This document shows, piece after piece, positions 34,126 to 47,519 of a DNA stretch of 64,000 bases. The stretch covers positions 11,162,001 through 11,226,000 of the forward strand of contig CM075990.1 in assembly GCA_038087875.1 (NCBI GenBank), read 5' to 3'. The translations under genes and the position numbers were made by a program. The notes beneath the pieces were generated by a model. The model saw nothing but the letters and a program-made list of their open reading frames with translations. It was not told where the DNA came from and did not search any database. The first letter of the stretch is position 1. Every line of letters starts with the position of its first letter. The stretch comes from Malacoraja senta (taxonomy: Eukaryota).

Positions 34126-36918
34126 ATTGCTCCCTTCCTTTTATGAAAGAGGCATGGCTTTCTCATCAGTGGGATAGGAAGGCATAGTTTCTGGTGCGCC
34201 AAGGAAACTCGGTTAAGAGGAGGTGCTTGGCAGGAGATGGCTGCAGTAATGTGACCCAGAGTGGGAGCCGCCACTTATTGAAGCAATGCATAAGATCCGT
34301 CAGTTTGAGTTGAGTGATCCATTACAGTAAATAGATCAGGGAGTCGCTAATTGATCCCTTATGATCTGTGCAGATGGATAGACTCAGGAGAACATGAGGA
34401 GTTGTTTTTTTGTCATTTGGCCTCTCTCAACTGATTCATGGTGAACTGTGAAGGAATAGAAAGTGGAGCGGTCACTATAATTTCTCGTGGTCCTGGTACT
34501 GAGCATTTCTTTGTCAGGGTCTGTTTTTCCCCTTTACAGATGATACCACCATCCACCCATCTGCTGGTAGACGAGTTCTCCTCTTCCTTCTGCTCTTGTC
34601 ACTGACTGATCTCCCACATGTCCCTCAAGCACCCGGTGTCATTGTCGCTAGTTCTCCGGTCCCAGCCGCTGACTTTGGTTGGCAAGATTGTGCAGCACAC
34701 TACGACTGCTGCATGTGTGCCACAGGGTCCATGCATTAGAATCACAACTGCATCCTTCTTCAGACTCGACCCGAAATGTCACCCATTCCTTCTCACCAGA
34801 GGTGCTGCCTGTCCCGCTGAGTTACTTCAGCATTTTCTGTCTATCTTTGGCGTAAACCAACATCTGCAGTTCTTTCCCACACATTTTGTCCTGCGTATGT
34901 GCCGGAAGGGGTGTACCACCTCATGAACTGCCCTCTCAGCCAGCCCCTGCCCCATTTATGGAAGGGTCCGTGGTTACTGCATTGCCCTTATCTGTTATCT
35001 CAGAACTCTCAAGACTCAAGTGGAAGCAAATGATTCTTAATCCCAAGGGACTCTTTAAGAAGAAAAAAAAGATGCTTAATGCACGTTGATTAATCTATTT
35101 TAAAATTTCCTCTGCAATCTGCTAGATAGGGCTCTTAAAAATAGCGGAGCCAGGGGATATGGGGAGAAGGCAGGAATGGGGTACTGATTGGGGATGATCA
35201 GCCATGATCACATTGAATGGCTCGAAGGGCCAAATGGCCTATTCCGGCACCTATTGTCTATTGTCTATAATTAAAATGCTGAGTAAAAAATCTTAAACTT
35301 CAACTGTACAACACCATATTATCATGGACTTACTGACACTGTCATATTACTTCAGTTTGAACCATCTACTAAATTGGTCAAGTAGTGGAAGAGCTATGTA
35401 CATGTTATAGTCATAGTCACACAGCAAGGAAAGAGGCACTTAAGCTCAACTTGTCCATGCTGACAAAGATGCCTCCTCTAAGGTGGTCCCATTTTGCCCA
35501 TATCCCTCTGAACTTTTCCTGTCCATGTACCTTTCCAAAAGTCTTTTAAATGTTATAGTACCAAGGTGTTAATGGTCACCCTACATCAATGTCCTCATGG
35601 AAACAGCATCAATGTTTTCGCCTGAGAGGTCTGGTGAAAACGAACCAATATTAATTGCATTTGAGAAATGTGTGTTCTTGTATTTCACAAGCAGTAAAAC
35701 TTTTGGATGCTTAATATCTTTCATCACATTTAAATCTTGGCAAGAAAATACAACCAAATAAGCAAGAGTAAAGTGTGGGGGGGAAAAAGGGAATTATTCA
35801 ACAGGTTGAAGATCACAAAGTAGGAATTTGGTAGTAATTAATTTATAATGATGAGATAATTTATATGAAATGCCTTTGAACCAAGAGCAGATCAGAGGAT
35901 AGATTGAGTGATCCTTTGATTACTGTCTGCTTGGGATGGTTTTGGTCTCTTTGATATTTCTAGCAGAATCCTCAAATCAGTTATTCTTGCAATGGACCCC
36001 TCACAAATACAGTTTAAAAACAGCAGTAAAGGAACTCTTCAGTGTTAAATGGATCACAGCGTACACTGTATCTTTGCCCTGTGGTGGAATCTGATATTTG
36101 GTTAAATGCAATGATACAACTTATAATTAGAGGAATGGAGTAGATGGAATCTTTGGCTCAGAAGTTTGGAATCTTGCCTCTGAGGCAGAACTGAAGATCC
36201 ACATCTGAAGACCAGGAAAATCTTGGCTGCCTCTCCAATGCAGTGCTAAGGCAACCGGAGATGCCGGATGTTTGAGTCGTAAGTTCCGCTGTACTATTCA
36301 GGAGATTGGGAGAGTCCTACCTGTTGTCCAAGGTCAACATTTGTGAATCAAAAAAATATGATCGGTGCCAGTGATTTGCTGATTCAAACATTGCTGGGTG
36401 AGAAACTGCTGGGTGACAATTAGTTTTGGCATTTCCCAGGGATAATGGCCACCTTCTGCGCTGTGATTCAAACAAAACAAGTTGAGAAGTGGACAGATTG
36501 AATATCGATAACTGAGGTGTGAGTGAGACTCAAAACTAGTGCAGTTTTAACTCAAAACTCATATAACTAGAGTGATGAAGGATACCAACCCAAATTGTGG
36601 CCTGTATATTCCCTCATAGATGCTGCCTGACCCACAGAGTTCCTGCAGAACTTTGTATTTTGCTCAAGTTTCCAGCATCTGGGAATCCTTATCTCTTGTA
36701 TAAGAGGTACTTGATCCAGTGGGGTCACTAAAAACCTTTCGCCCTCATTCTCACTGCATTAAATAATCAATTTGTTCATTCTTTCCCCCATATTGAGTTG
36801 GATAGAGAATTATTTCTATTAACTTTCACGTAAGAAACTTGCACTCTAGTAAGATTCTTGGTTCTGGTCAGAACTTTGTAAATTGTAGAAACTTTTACGA
36901 GATTTGGGACTAAAATGT

Positions 36919-37353
36919 TTTTTTTTTTTTTTTTTAATTTTTTTATTTATTAGAAGTACATTACATTACAACCACATACATTAGTACTCGTCACTTATAT
37001 CTTCTTACGATTAATGTACTCCGTTTGTTTTTTACACTAGTAAAAGGAAAGGATAAGATTGAAAGAAAGAAGAAAGTGAAGGAAAAAGTGAAAGTGTAGA
37101 AAGAGTGACAACAAGACAGAACGAAGACCCTATAAGAACAAAATTAAAAACAAAAGAAAAAGAGTTAAGAAATAGACCCTAGAAAAGAAGGAGAAAAAGA
37201 AAGAGGAGAAAGAGAAAAACAAATAGTTTTTATGAGCATTACGCAAATGGGACATACCAACTTTCCAGCTATCATCACCCTTTACCTGATAGCTGGAAAG
37301 TTGGTATGTCCCTTAAAAGTACCTTAAAAAAAAAAAAACTGAGATCAGGTAAA
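36919..37353 (-). mobile_element. L1-like 3'UTR/polyA insertion with rearranged 5' junction
   Basis: Poly-T then TTTATT on +, purine-rich UTR; 13-bp TSD GGGACTAAAATGT (36906-36918, 37354-37366). Confidence 0.8.
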
Positions 37354-40300
37354 GGGACTAAAATGTAGACTAACTTAGTACTTTACTGTGTTGCACTGAT
37401 GAAGTTGTCATCGTACGATACAACTTTATTTATCCCAGAGGGAAATCGGTTTGCCAACAGTCAAAAGGTACAGTTACAAGGCATTTAAAGTGTCATCATG
37501 TGCATTATAATAATGATGAAATTTGAGTAACCATTTATTGCACAAACATGAAATTAAATTATCAAGTGGAAAATTGCAGGATGAAGGATGTGCAAAGATG
37601 GGGGGACCAATATTATCCATACTCAACATCGCTGAAAAATTATGTCAGACACTTATTGGTATCTGTCGAATCTTGCTCTCTACACCTTAACGGGTCCATT
37701 TCCTACTTTATGACGGTGAAATGCCTTGGAATGCACCGAGTCTGTGAAAGTCTGGGAGTATAGATCCAGGCTGGCATTTATTTTGCAAGTAGCCACGATG
37801 TCGGCTGCAGCACACTGTCCTTTCATGATATTAGTTTTGCAGCAAGGTGACTTGCAAGTTCTTTCATGGCAGTGAGGGGAGAAATGGTACATTATGGTGG
37901 CCTAAATATCGCTGTACTTCCACACCATTTATTTCATCATAGAATTAACTCTCCGTGCTTAGACTGTATTCTGCTTTGTGATCACCATTGGCAGAGTTCC
38001 CATACTCGTCCATCTGGTAATGACCTGTACACTCAACAACCACTTTAATTGGTATTGCAATTACATTAAAATAGACATCCAGCCAGTCTGGGAGCGAACA
38101 TAGAAATTTTATGTTGTTCATCGTACATCAAAATGACTAGTATGAGGGAGTTAATGACACAAGGTATACATTTTACAATCATAGTTATCAGGCACAGAAA
38201 CTAGTTCTTTGGCACAACTTATCCACGCTGATCAAGTTGGCTTTCTGAGCTATTGCCATTTGCCTAAATTTGGCACATCTCACTCTCAAACTTTTCTGGC
38301 TATGTACCAGTCCAAATGCGTTTAAAATCTTATGATTGCACCCACCTCTTCTACTGCTCAGCACCACACAGATGTAGTCCATTCAGCCCATCACGTCCAG
38401 GGGGAGCAGTTACATGACTCCCATTCTCCATCAGCCCGTTTCCCTGAGCTCCACATGAATTTATTCTCTTGTGCGAGTCCATCACCTTTTGTTCCTGTTC
38501 ATTAACCTACACAAACGTAATTTAAAGCAACAAATTAATCTACCAGCATGTCTTTTGGGAAGAAACCAGATACCCAGAGGAAGGCCGCATGGTCGTAGAG
38601 GAAGCACTCCACAGAGAGCACCTGAGGTCAAGATTGAATGTGGTCTCTGGAGTTGAAGCAGCAATACTAACTGCTGGACCACCATGTATGTGGTATATTA
38701 CAGAACTGCAATGTGATGGAGCAAATCGCAAATGATGTGTACATTTTAGAATTGTAGTTATCAGGCAGAGAAACAGGTTCTTCAGCCCAATTTATCCATT
38801 CTGATCAAGTTGGCTTCCGTACTGGAACAGCACAAAAACGGGCCCTTTGGTTGAACATGATGCCAAGACCAATTCTTATCTGCCTGCATGTAAATCATAT
38901 CCCTCCATTCCATGAATTCCATATGCCTTTTCAAAAGTGTCTTAAATACCACCATCCTACCTGCTTCCACCATCACCAGGCACTTGCCAATCTGTGTGTA
39001 TATAAAACAAGCTTGCCCTGCACATCACCTTTAAACTTTGCCCCTTGCACCTTAAAGCTATGCCCTCTAGTATTTGATCTTTCTATCCACCTAGGCTGGT
39101 GGTTGTGGTGGGGAGGGGGAGAGGCGGTGGGAGGAAGGCTCTGACTCTCTATTCTATCTATGCACTCATAATTATATACACTGTCTACATCAGTAGTCTT
39201 TGAAATGTTTTATTAGAGCAAGTAGTCTAAGGCTAAGGTGTGTTTCCTTGAACATACAAATGCAGAGCTGAAGTGATTGAAGTGAATACCTGATGTGCGT
39301 TGAGATAATTACACTGATTTGCTTCCTGTTCACTCCCTTCACACAGATACAAGCCCAAATCTTCAATGACATTAAACAATGCCCATGAATTGGCAAATTC
39401 CTTGCTCAGCGCAGTAAATATTGTCACCCCTGCAGATATTTATTTTTTCAGACATCAGCAGATTTTCTAAAATAATTTTTTTTTTGTGTGTGTGTTATGT
39501 TGGTTCAATTTAAATACAGACGCAGCATTGGGGATTAAAGGGAGTGAGACAAAAACATTGCAAATTGATCATTTCTGTGCCTTCAGCAGTCGCTACCCAA
39601 ATACATTTAGCCTAAACTAGCTGGATGTTTATCACAACGCCAGTCCACGTTGGAATATTGGACACGGTTAAAACCCCTCTTAACACAGACCGATATTGGG
39701 ATCGAACTGGAAACGGGAAGAAGTATGATGCCATGCTTGGTTCATTGAGTAGTGATCATCCTGTGTGTGGGTTAAAGATAGACACAAAAAACTGGTGTAA
39801 CTAGGCGGGTCCTTCAGACCTGAAATGTCACCCATTCCTTCTCTCCAGAGATGCTGCCTGTCCTGCTGAGTTATTCCAGCTTTTTGTGTATCTTCAGTTT
39901 AAACCAGCACCTGCAGTTCCTTCCTACACATCCCATGGGTGGGGGTCAGTAAGATGCAGCCATTCCAGAAACTAGAATATAAAATCTACACCGAGTCTCC
40001 TACACACTGCAGAGAGAGTACACTGTTAGAAGTGAATATTTCAATTAAGATATTAAAAACCAAAAGTCCCAAATATTCTCTTGAGGCTATGTTTAAAGAA
40101 TGGGATACTTCTCAGACCCTGGTGGCTGTTCCTCCATTAACCCACTAAAATTGGACAAAGCCAACTTGAAATGGGAAGGAACTGCAGATGCTGGTTTAAA
40201 CCGAATATAGACACAAATAGCTGGAGTAACCCAATGGGTCAGACATCATCTCTAGATCTTACAGTGAAACATTAAAAAAAAAACACAAAAAAAGATTCTT

Positions 40301-40375
40301 CACCATAACATTGGTTATAAGTTGTTTAAGACTATCTTGAAGTGGGGATAAGTGCTATAGAAAGTGTAGGTCTAA

Positions 40376-40655
40376 GGGCGGCATTATGGTGCAACCATTA
40401 AAGTTATTGCCATAGACTTTCTTCAATCCTGACCACGTGTGCTGTCTTTCTGGAGTTTGCACATTCTCCCTGTAACCATGTGGGTTTTATCTAGGTCCTC
40501 CACTTTCCTCCCACATCTCAAAGGTGTGTGGGCTTGTAGTTTAATTGGATTCTATAAATTGCCCTTAATATGTATGGAAAGATGAGGAAGTGGGATAATG
40601 TAGAACTAGAGTGCTTGATGGCCTGTTTCCATGCTGTCTCTACAAACTAAACCAA
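40376..40655 (+). mobile_element. Old V-SINE
   Basis: Diverged family match. Confidence 0.72.
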
Positions 40656-41114
40656 ATACTTGCAGTATCCTCGTATTATTTGAAATTGATAGCACAGCAT
40701 TTTATTAAAAAGATGTCAGTGTTACATGAGGTTAAAACACTTCCACTATCAAGCCCTATGATTTGATGCAGACCAGTAGTGTTGTTCTGCAAGGACTGAA
40801 GAAGCCTGTTAATGAAATGAGGTCAGGAGGCATCAATGTGCAGAAATCTCTAGTGGCATGCGAGTTCATTGCATGGAAAATTGTATTCTGCCCAACCTTT
40901 GTCTGTATGGAGACATGGGAGTTCTGCCCAGTGCTCCCATACTATCTGCAAGACTCTCTCCCAGGGTGATGGGGTATGGAAGCTCCTCATTGCATCTGAG
41001 TTGTGAATGACTTGGATCCTTACTGGCATAAGTGCAAATACCTCACTTCGGGAACACGGGATTACAAGAAAACTCCACTGACCAGCTGCACAAACCAGAG
41101 TCAACTGCACATGT

Positions 41115-41380
41115 GTACGAAGAAACTGCAGATCCTGATTTAAACCGAAGATAGACACAAAAAACTGGAGTAACTCAGCAGGTCGGACAGCATCTCTGGA
41201 GAAAAGGAATAGGTGACGTTTCGGATCGAGAACCTTCTTCAGTCTGGTAGGCAGGGAATAGGTGATGTTTCAGGTCAGACATTTCAAACTGAAGAAGGGT
41301 CTTGACCCGAAACATTACCTATTCCTTTTCTCCAGAGATGACCCGCTGAGTTACTCCAGCTCTTTGTGGTCTATCTTCAA
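41115..41380. repeat. Penelope-derived inverted repeat with hammerhead motifs on both strands
   Basis: Same family; other copies near 55-160, 9500-9700, 16735-16835, 18770-18965, 24255-24350, 26510-26640, 27520-27610, 31135-31570, 34755-34885, 39775-39930, 50495-50835, 53910-54130, 56375-56600, 62585-62676 and 63325-63540. Confidence 0.72.
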
Positions 41381-41499
41381 TTGCACATGTTGTACATTCA
41401 TTATTTTTCAATGGAAATACACATTGTTACTTTTTTTTTGTAAAGTACCTTGTTTGCAGTCAAATTTGCAGGTGAATTAGCATCTCGCTCTGCTTTGGG

Positions 41500-41680
41500 A
41501 AAGTAAAGTAAAGTAAAGTAAGTTTATTTATATAGCGCCTTTCAATCAGATTACTGAAACCAAAGCGCTTTACAGACAATTAACCATATAAATAAAAAAT
41601 AAAAAGGTAGAATAAAAAAGACACGACACACTATTTAGAGATTCAACATGAACATCCCCCCACAGCAGAGTCGACACTCT
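41500..41680 (-). mobile_element. L2-type 3' tail fragment
   Basis: (AAAGT)n, TTTATTTATATAGCGC, AAAGCGCTTTACA. Confidence 0.7.
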
Positions 41681-43654
41681 CCACCGTGATGAGCGTCCGT
41701 AACCGTTGACTCAGCACTAACTCGGGATGTGTTGTGATGGAAAAAAGGTCCAGATGAATTCATGGAATTGGTCGAAACTGGAAAGTTGGTCAGGATACCA
41801 AAACTAGAAGAAAAGAAGACTTGCTCTCTTTAGCAGCTTTGTTTCATGAGCAGAATGTCCCAAAGTGCTCTACAAATACTATTTTGAACTGTTGTCCATT
41901 GTTGCAAATATGGCAAAGAATCCATACACACCAAGATCCAACAAAAAATACTACGTTGAGCAGTGTGAAATAGCCAGGTAAATACTGTTGGACTGCATTG
42001 GGAGTCGCTTATATCCATTTGAAGGAATGGACAAGATCATATTTATATTGTCACCAGTAACCCTGCCATCAGTCCCACTGTGCTGTGATGGGAGGTTTTG
42101 TTCAAGTTCCTGTGGTGGGAATTGAACCCAACATTTTCTGACGTGGTGCTGCAGTAGATGCCCGGGAAGCACTGAAAACACCATGAGACAATTTGGTTGC
42201 TCTTATAGGCCATGGTTTAATGTTTCATCTGAAAAATCGGCACCACTGATAATACATTGTTGTCTTATCTCTGTACTAGTTCGCAGCTTGCCTGCTGAGG
42301 GACTTGAACCTTTAGATTCGGAGGTAACATGGACAGAAGCAGATTCACGCTGGTACGGTACAATCAGCAGGAAACTGTTGGAGTGCACGGTATTCGTAGA
42401 GGGTGAAGCAAAAAACGAGAATAGTATGGACGTCGAGTGTTGAGGAGTAGTCAATTCAATTTACCATCCCTTCTTGGACACTGGGTATTTCCAACACTTA
42501 TCTTGGCAATTCAAGGGCTTTCAACACACAGAAAAATTACATGATGTGGAGCAACTTTGAATTAAATTGCTTAAAGTTACACCATTCAGGCAACTTGTTT
42601 GAAGACAAGGTTCCTCCCAGCACAGTTCATTCAAAACGCATTAACATAACCTTTTCTTTGCATGCTTATTCAGTTTCCCCTTGAATGCATCGATAATACT
42701 TACCTCGATCACTCCTTATGGGTACCAAGTTCCACATTGTCATCAACCTCGGGGCAAAGTAATTTACCTAGATGGCCTGCCTGGATTTATTAGTGTCTGC
42801 TTTATTTTGATGGCTTCAAATAGGTGGGGTCTCCTGCAAGTGAAGAGCTTTTCTCCATGTCCAACTCTTAAGATATTATCCTTTGCAAACGGACAGCAGT
42901 AACATGAAAAGAACGACTTTATAATTGAACATTGTTCCCTTCACATTATAAAAGAATTGTCATTTGGAATCCAGTTTATGCATGCTAAGATCAGAGTAAA
43001 TATATGGAATTTGATCTCTTTTTTTTAATCAAATGTTAAATGAGAATTTTCTGACATATGATCAGCCTGAATTCATTTTTAAGCAGAACGTAACATAAGA
43101 CTCCAAATTTCAGTTCTTCAGTTATAGCCAGCCTAAGCTTTTCTCCAAGGTGGAAATATCATAGTAGGTAAGGGGGACACAGTTTAAAGGAGATGTACAG
43201 GACATGTGTCTTTTACAGTGTTGGGTGTTGGGAATGTGTTGCCTGGGGTTGTGGTGGAGGCAGAAATGATGGTGGCATTTGAGACGCTTTTAGATAGGCA
43301 CATGGATACAGAGGGATATGGATAACGTGCAGGCAGAGAAGATCACTTAACTTGACATCATGTTCGTCATAGACATTGTGGGCCGAAGGGCCTGTTCCTT
43401 TGTACTATTGTGTGTTGTATCTGCTGAGGTTTAGAAATGGCACCTTAAACCTTTGGGTGGCAGAGTGATACAGTTAATGGAGACTTGGCCTCACAGCATG
43501 AGAGATCTGAGAGATCCTTCTAAGACTCCACCACTCTCAACCCGTGTATTCCCCAAAATGTTCCTTTATATCCATCTATGACAACGTTTTAGCTCTGGGC
43601 CTTTATATTTTATAATGGTAGAATGTCTAATTACACTTCTGGGGAAAATTTCTG

Positions 43655-43927
43655 GGGTGGCACAGCAGTAGAGTTGGCGACTTACAGCGCCAGATGCCAG
43701 GGTTTGATCCTGACTACAGGTGCTGTCTGTAGGGAGTTTGTACGTTTCCCCTGTGACCACATGGGTTTTCTCCAGTTTCCCCCCACACTCCAACAACGTG
43801 CAGGTTTGTAGGCTAATTGGCCTCTGTAAATTGGCCCTAGTGAGTAGGATATGACTAGGGTGATTGCTGGTCGGCATGGACTTGTTGGGCTGAAAGGCCT
43901 GTTTCCATGCTGTATCTCTAAACTAAA
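43655..43927 (+). mobile_element. V-SINE
   Basis: Family match. Confidence 0.85.
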
Positions 43928-44379
43928 TATCACTATTTGAAAGGAGTCATTTGATGTCTTCTGCTTTATCTAAAATCGTTTCCACGTACTCTGCTATTCT
44001 CTGGGACTGAGGGAAATAAACCTTTTCTACACAGGGCAGGGAAACATCTCAAAGGAGCAAGCTGTCCAAGATGATAGAAGAATAAAGTGACAGTGGTGCA
44101 GTCAGGCAATGATTGAGACAAAACTAATTATAACTGAACTGAACTCTAGTAATTTAATATGTCACAGGAAATGTGGAGAGAATACTTTTATCCCCCGAGT
44201 TGGTGTTATCTGCAATGCACTGTCTGAATAAATGGAAGGAGTAGATTTTGTGATAAGGCTTCATGTCGTTGCCAAAGAGAAACTACAGTACTCTGGGGCA
44301 GAGTAATGGAAGAGGAGCTACCTGGAATAGTTCTCCCAATGGACTGAATGTTCTCCTGTGTTGTATGGTTATGTGAATA

Positions 44380-45219
44380 AAGACGGCACCCGGGACAGTC
44401 TGGGTTAGCACCCCAGTCTGTGTCTTTCGTGAGAAAGACAGCCAACAAAGCTACGGAAAGGCCTAATGAAACATACCCCCAGAAGATCCCGAGAGGGGGG
44501 GGAGGATGAGATCTCCAATAGGTTATTGACCCACGCAAACAACCTGACCGAGTATAAGATGCATTTGCGGAAAGCTGTGAAAGAACCACTGTGGCCTTAA
44601 AAACATTTTTTTTTTTAAAATTCATCAGGCGAGAATGAAATGCTTGGAGAAGGAGAAAGAGGTGCAGCACACAGGCCTTGAACCTGGTGAGACGCAGGAG
44701 GAGCCCGGCCAGGACTCACCCCACAGAGGCCAGTCCCTCCACGCACTAGAGTCTCCCAACCCTTGCAGGGTAGTTCCACAGCAACGGATTGATTGGCCCC
44801 CAGCCAGCAACTGGAATGAATGGCTGCAGTTTGACAAAGACGTGACCAACATCATTCAAGCCACAGCCAAAGGAGATTTAGACCGCCAACTCCAAACAAT
44901 GACTGCCATCATAGTCAGTTATGCCTCTGAAAGATTTGGCCATCACGAGAAAAGTAACACCAAGCCCACCACCTACACCATGAACCGCAGAGCCACCAAA
45001 ATACATCAACGGCCGCTGGAACTTCAAACCCTCAAAAACCAGAAGAAGACATCTACCGAAGAGGAGAAGCAAGCCTTGGCCGACCTACGAAACATCCTAA
45101 GGAAAAGGCTTATGGCCCTCCGCAGAGCAGTGGCACAGGAGAAAAGGAAGAGAGAGCTAGGAAGCGAGCTGCGTTCATTTCCAATCCCTTTGGCTTTACC
45201 AGCCGATTACTTGGGGACA
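44380..45219 (+). mobile_element. HERO-clade (R2 superfamily) LINE 5' fragment, disrupted ORF
   Basis: N-terminal zinc finger CICGKL*KNHCGLKIHQARMKC, followed by PGETQEEPGQDSPH, RIDWPPA, ERFG, LRRA and, after a frameshift, NPFGFT..LLG; recognised from memory of the family. Confidence 0.7.
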
Positions 45220-45391
45220 TATATGTATTTGTGAGTATGCGTATATCTACACACACTGAACATTTTCCCCTCGTTTATTATATTGTTTACATTATACTAT
45301 GCTTACATATTCCGTTGTGCTGTTGAAAGTAAGAATTTCATTGTTCTATCTGGGACACCATATGACAATAAAACACTCTTGACATCACAGT

Positions 45392-45840
45392 GTCAAGTCA
45401 AGTCACTTTTATTTATATAGCACATTTAAAAAACAACTCTCGTTGGCCAAAGTGCTTTACATTGGTGGAGGTACTAACATTATACAACAGTGGTTCATAG
45501 ATTAAATACATACATCAGTACATACATATAGCCCTCGCTCAGAGGACGTCAAGAAAGGCTTGGGAGTAGAGATGAGTTTTAAGTCGACTTAAATGGAGGG
45601 GGCAGTTCTGATGGGAAGAGGGATGCTGTTCCACAGTCTAGGAGCTGCAACCGCAAAGGCGCGGTCGCCCCCGAGCTTATGCCTAGACCGCGGGATGTTC
45701 AATAACCCCAAGTCGACCAATCTGAGGGACCTGGAGGTGGTGTGGTGGGTAAGCAGACTTTTGATGTAGGTGGGGGCAAGCACATTAAGGGCTTTGTAGA
45801 CATAAAGAAGGATCTTAAAATTTATTCGGAACCGCACAGG
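45392..45840 (-). mobile_element. L2 LINE 3' end (same family as 30219)
   Basis: ORF 45589-45837 RFRINFKILL...GDRAFAVAAPRLWNS; GACTT tail. Confidence 0.9.
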
Positions 45841-46217
45841 TTCCGAATAACATTATTGGCTTGTGGATGACAGTTGTGTCAGTGCAGAAAGAAACTTAAC
45901 AATTACATGAACTTCCAATTTAGCCAGGAGAGGACTAGGTTGTCTGATATAACACTTGATACAGGACACTCAGAAACATTGTCACTGTTCAGCTGTAGTC
46001 CACCAGACCCAACAACACAAGAAGTATTGGACTCCCCAATCAATTGATCAGCAAATCTTTGTTAATCCTATTAATCTTCAGCCCCTTATGTCTTTTCACA
46101 ATACGCTTTACATTTTTCAGACTGCCTTTTACAAACTCAGGATGCGTTCCAATCACAAAATTTATTTTGAAACCTAGTTACAGGAGACTGAAAGTGGTTA
46201 CAACCCGTGCCCTCCAA
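45804..46217 (+). repeat. 414-bp direct repeat, copy 1 (flanks L1)
   Basis: Matches 47106-47519 at a constant offset of 1302. Confidence 0.95.
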
Positions 46218-47108
46218 AAATTTCGAAGGTTACATGGTAAAAGTATTTGATATACATTCACAAATGTTCGATTAATGCAAGACATAATCTAATTCAATTT
46301 AAAATTTTACATAGATTATATTATTCAAAAACAAGATTGAATAAATTCTATCCAAATATATCCCCCATTTGCGATAAGTGTTTATCCCAAAACGCAACTA
46401 TAACACACTCTTTTGTTTCCTGCATAAAACTTTATAGATTTTGGAGTGATATTTTTGAAATATTTACAAAATTATTTAAGATAAGAATGGAACCTAATAC
46501 TGAATTGATTATATTTGGAGTAATGGAAGATGGGAATAAATTGAATTCATCTCAAAATTTATTTTTTAATTATGGTTTAATAATTGCAAAAAAATTAATA
46601 CTTACATTTTGGAAAAATACACCAATACCAATGCTCAAAATGTGGATTGCAAGCATGTTGGACACCGCACATCTTGAGGAAATGCGATTCCTCCTAATAG
46701 ATAAATCTGACCAATTCATAACGAGTTGGTCTCCATTTGTCGTCTTTTTGGAATCATATGGTGCAACACAATTGTAGAAGCTAATTGTCTCGGGACTGGG
46801 CGAGGGATGGTCAAGAGTATAAATAATGATCTCCTTACTTTTATTTTTTTATTTTTTTATTTTTTACTCTCTTTCCCCATTTTCTTTTCTTTAACTTTCT
46901 TCTTTCATTCTTTTTTCTTCTTCTTCACACACTATATATCTCACGTTTTTCTATCCTTTATTATCTAATTTATTTTTCTTATTCTTCTTTATTATAATAA
47001 CAAAATAAGAAGCTGTACATAAAATGTATGATGAAAATATATATTAGGCACTTTGGTGCCATACGATTGTACTTACTTCTAATAAAATAAAAATATTTTT
47101 AAAAAAAA
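46218..47108 (+). mobile_element. L1-clade LINE 3' end (ORF2 C-terminus, 3'UTR, polyA)
   Basis: ORF 46247-46777: IQFKILHRLY, CDKC...H...SC cysteine-rich domain, KKLILTFWK, WSPF; T-rich UTR, AATAAA, A-tail. Confidence 0.92.
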
Positions 47109-47519
47109 GAAGGATCTTGAAATTTATTCGGAACCGCACAGGTTCCGAATAACATTATTGACTTGTGGATGACAGTTGTGTCACTGCAGAAAGAAACTTA
47201 ACAATTACATGAACTTCCAATTTTGCCAGGAGAGGACTAGGTTGTCTGATATAACACTTGATACAGGACACTCAGAAACATTTTCACTGTTCAGCTGTAG
47301 TCCACCAGACCCAACAACACAAGAAGTATTGGACTCCCCAATCAATTGATCAGCAAATCTTTGTTAATTCTATTAATCTTCAGCCCCTTATATCATTTCA
47401 CAATACGCTTTACATTTTTCAGATTGCCTTTTACAAACTCAGGACACGTTCCAATCACAAAATGTCTTTTGAAACCTGGTTACAGGAGACTGAAAGTGGT
47501 TACAACCCGTGCCCTCCAA
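47106..47519 (+). repeat. 414-bp direct repeat, copy 2
   Basis: About 14 substitutions versus copy 1 by manual count. Confidence 0.95.

Noticed and set aside
34539..34740. Good splice acceptor (TTTTTCCCCTTTACAG) suggesting a host exon
   Set aside because: No recognisable peptide in any frame and no strong donor; needs RNA-seq
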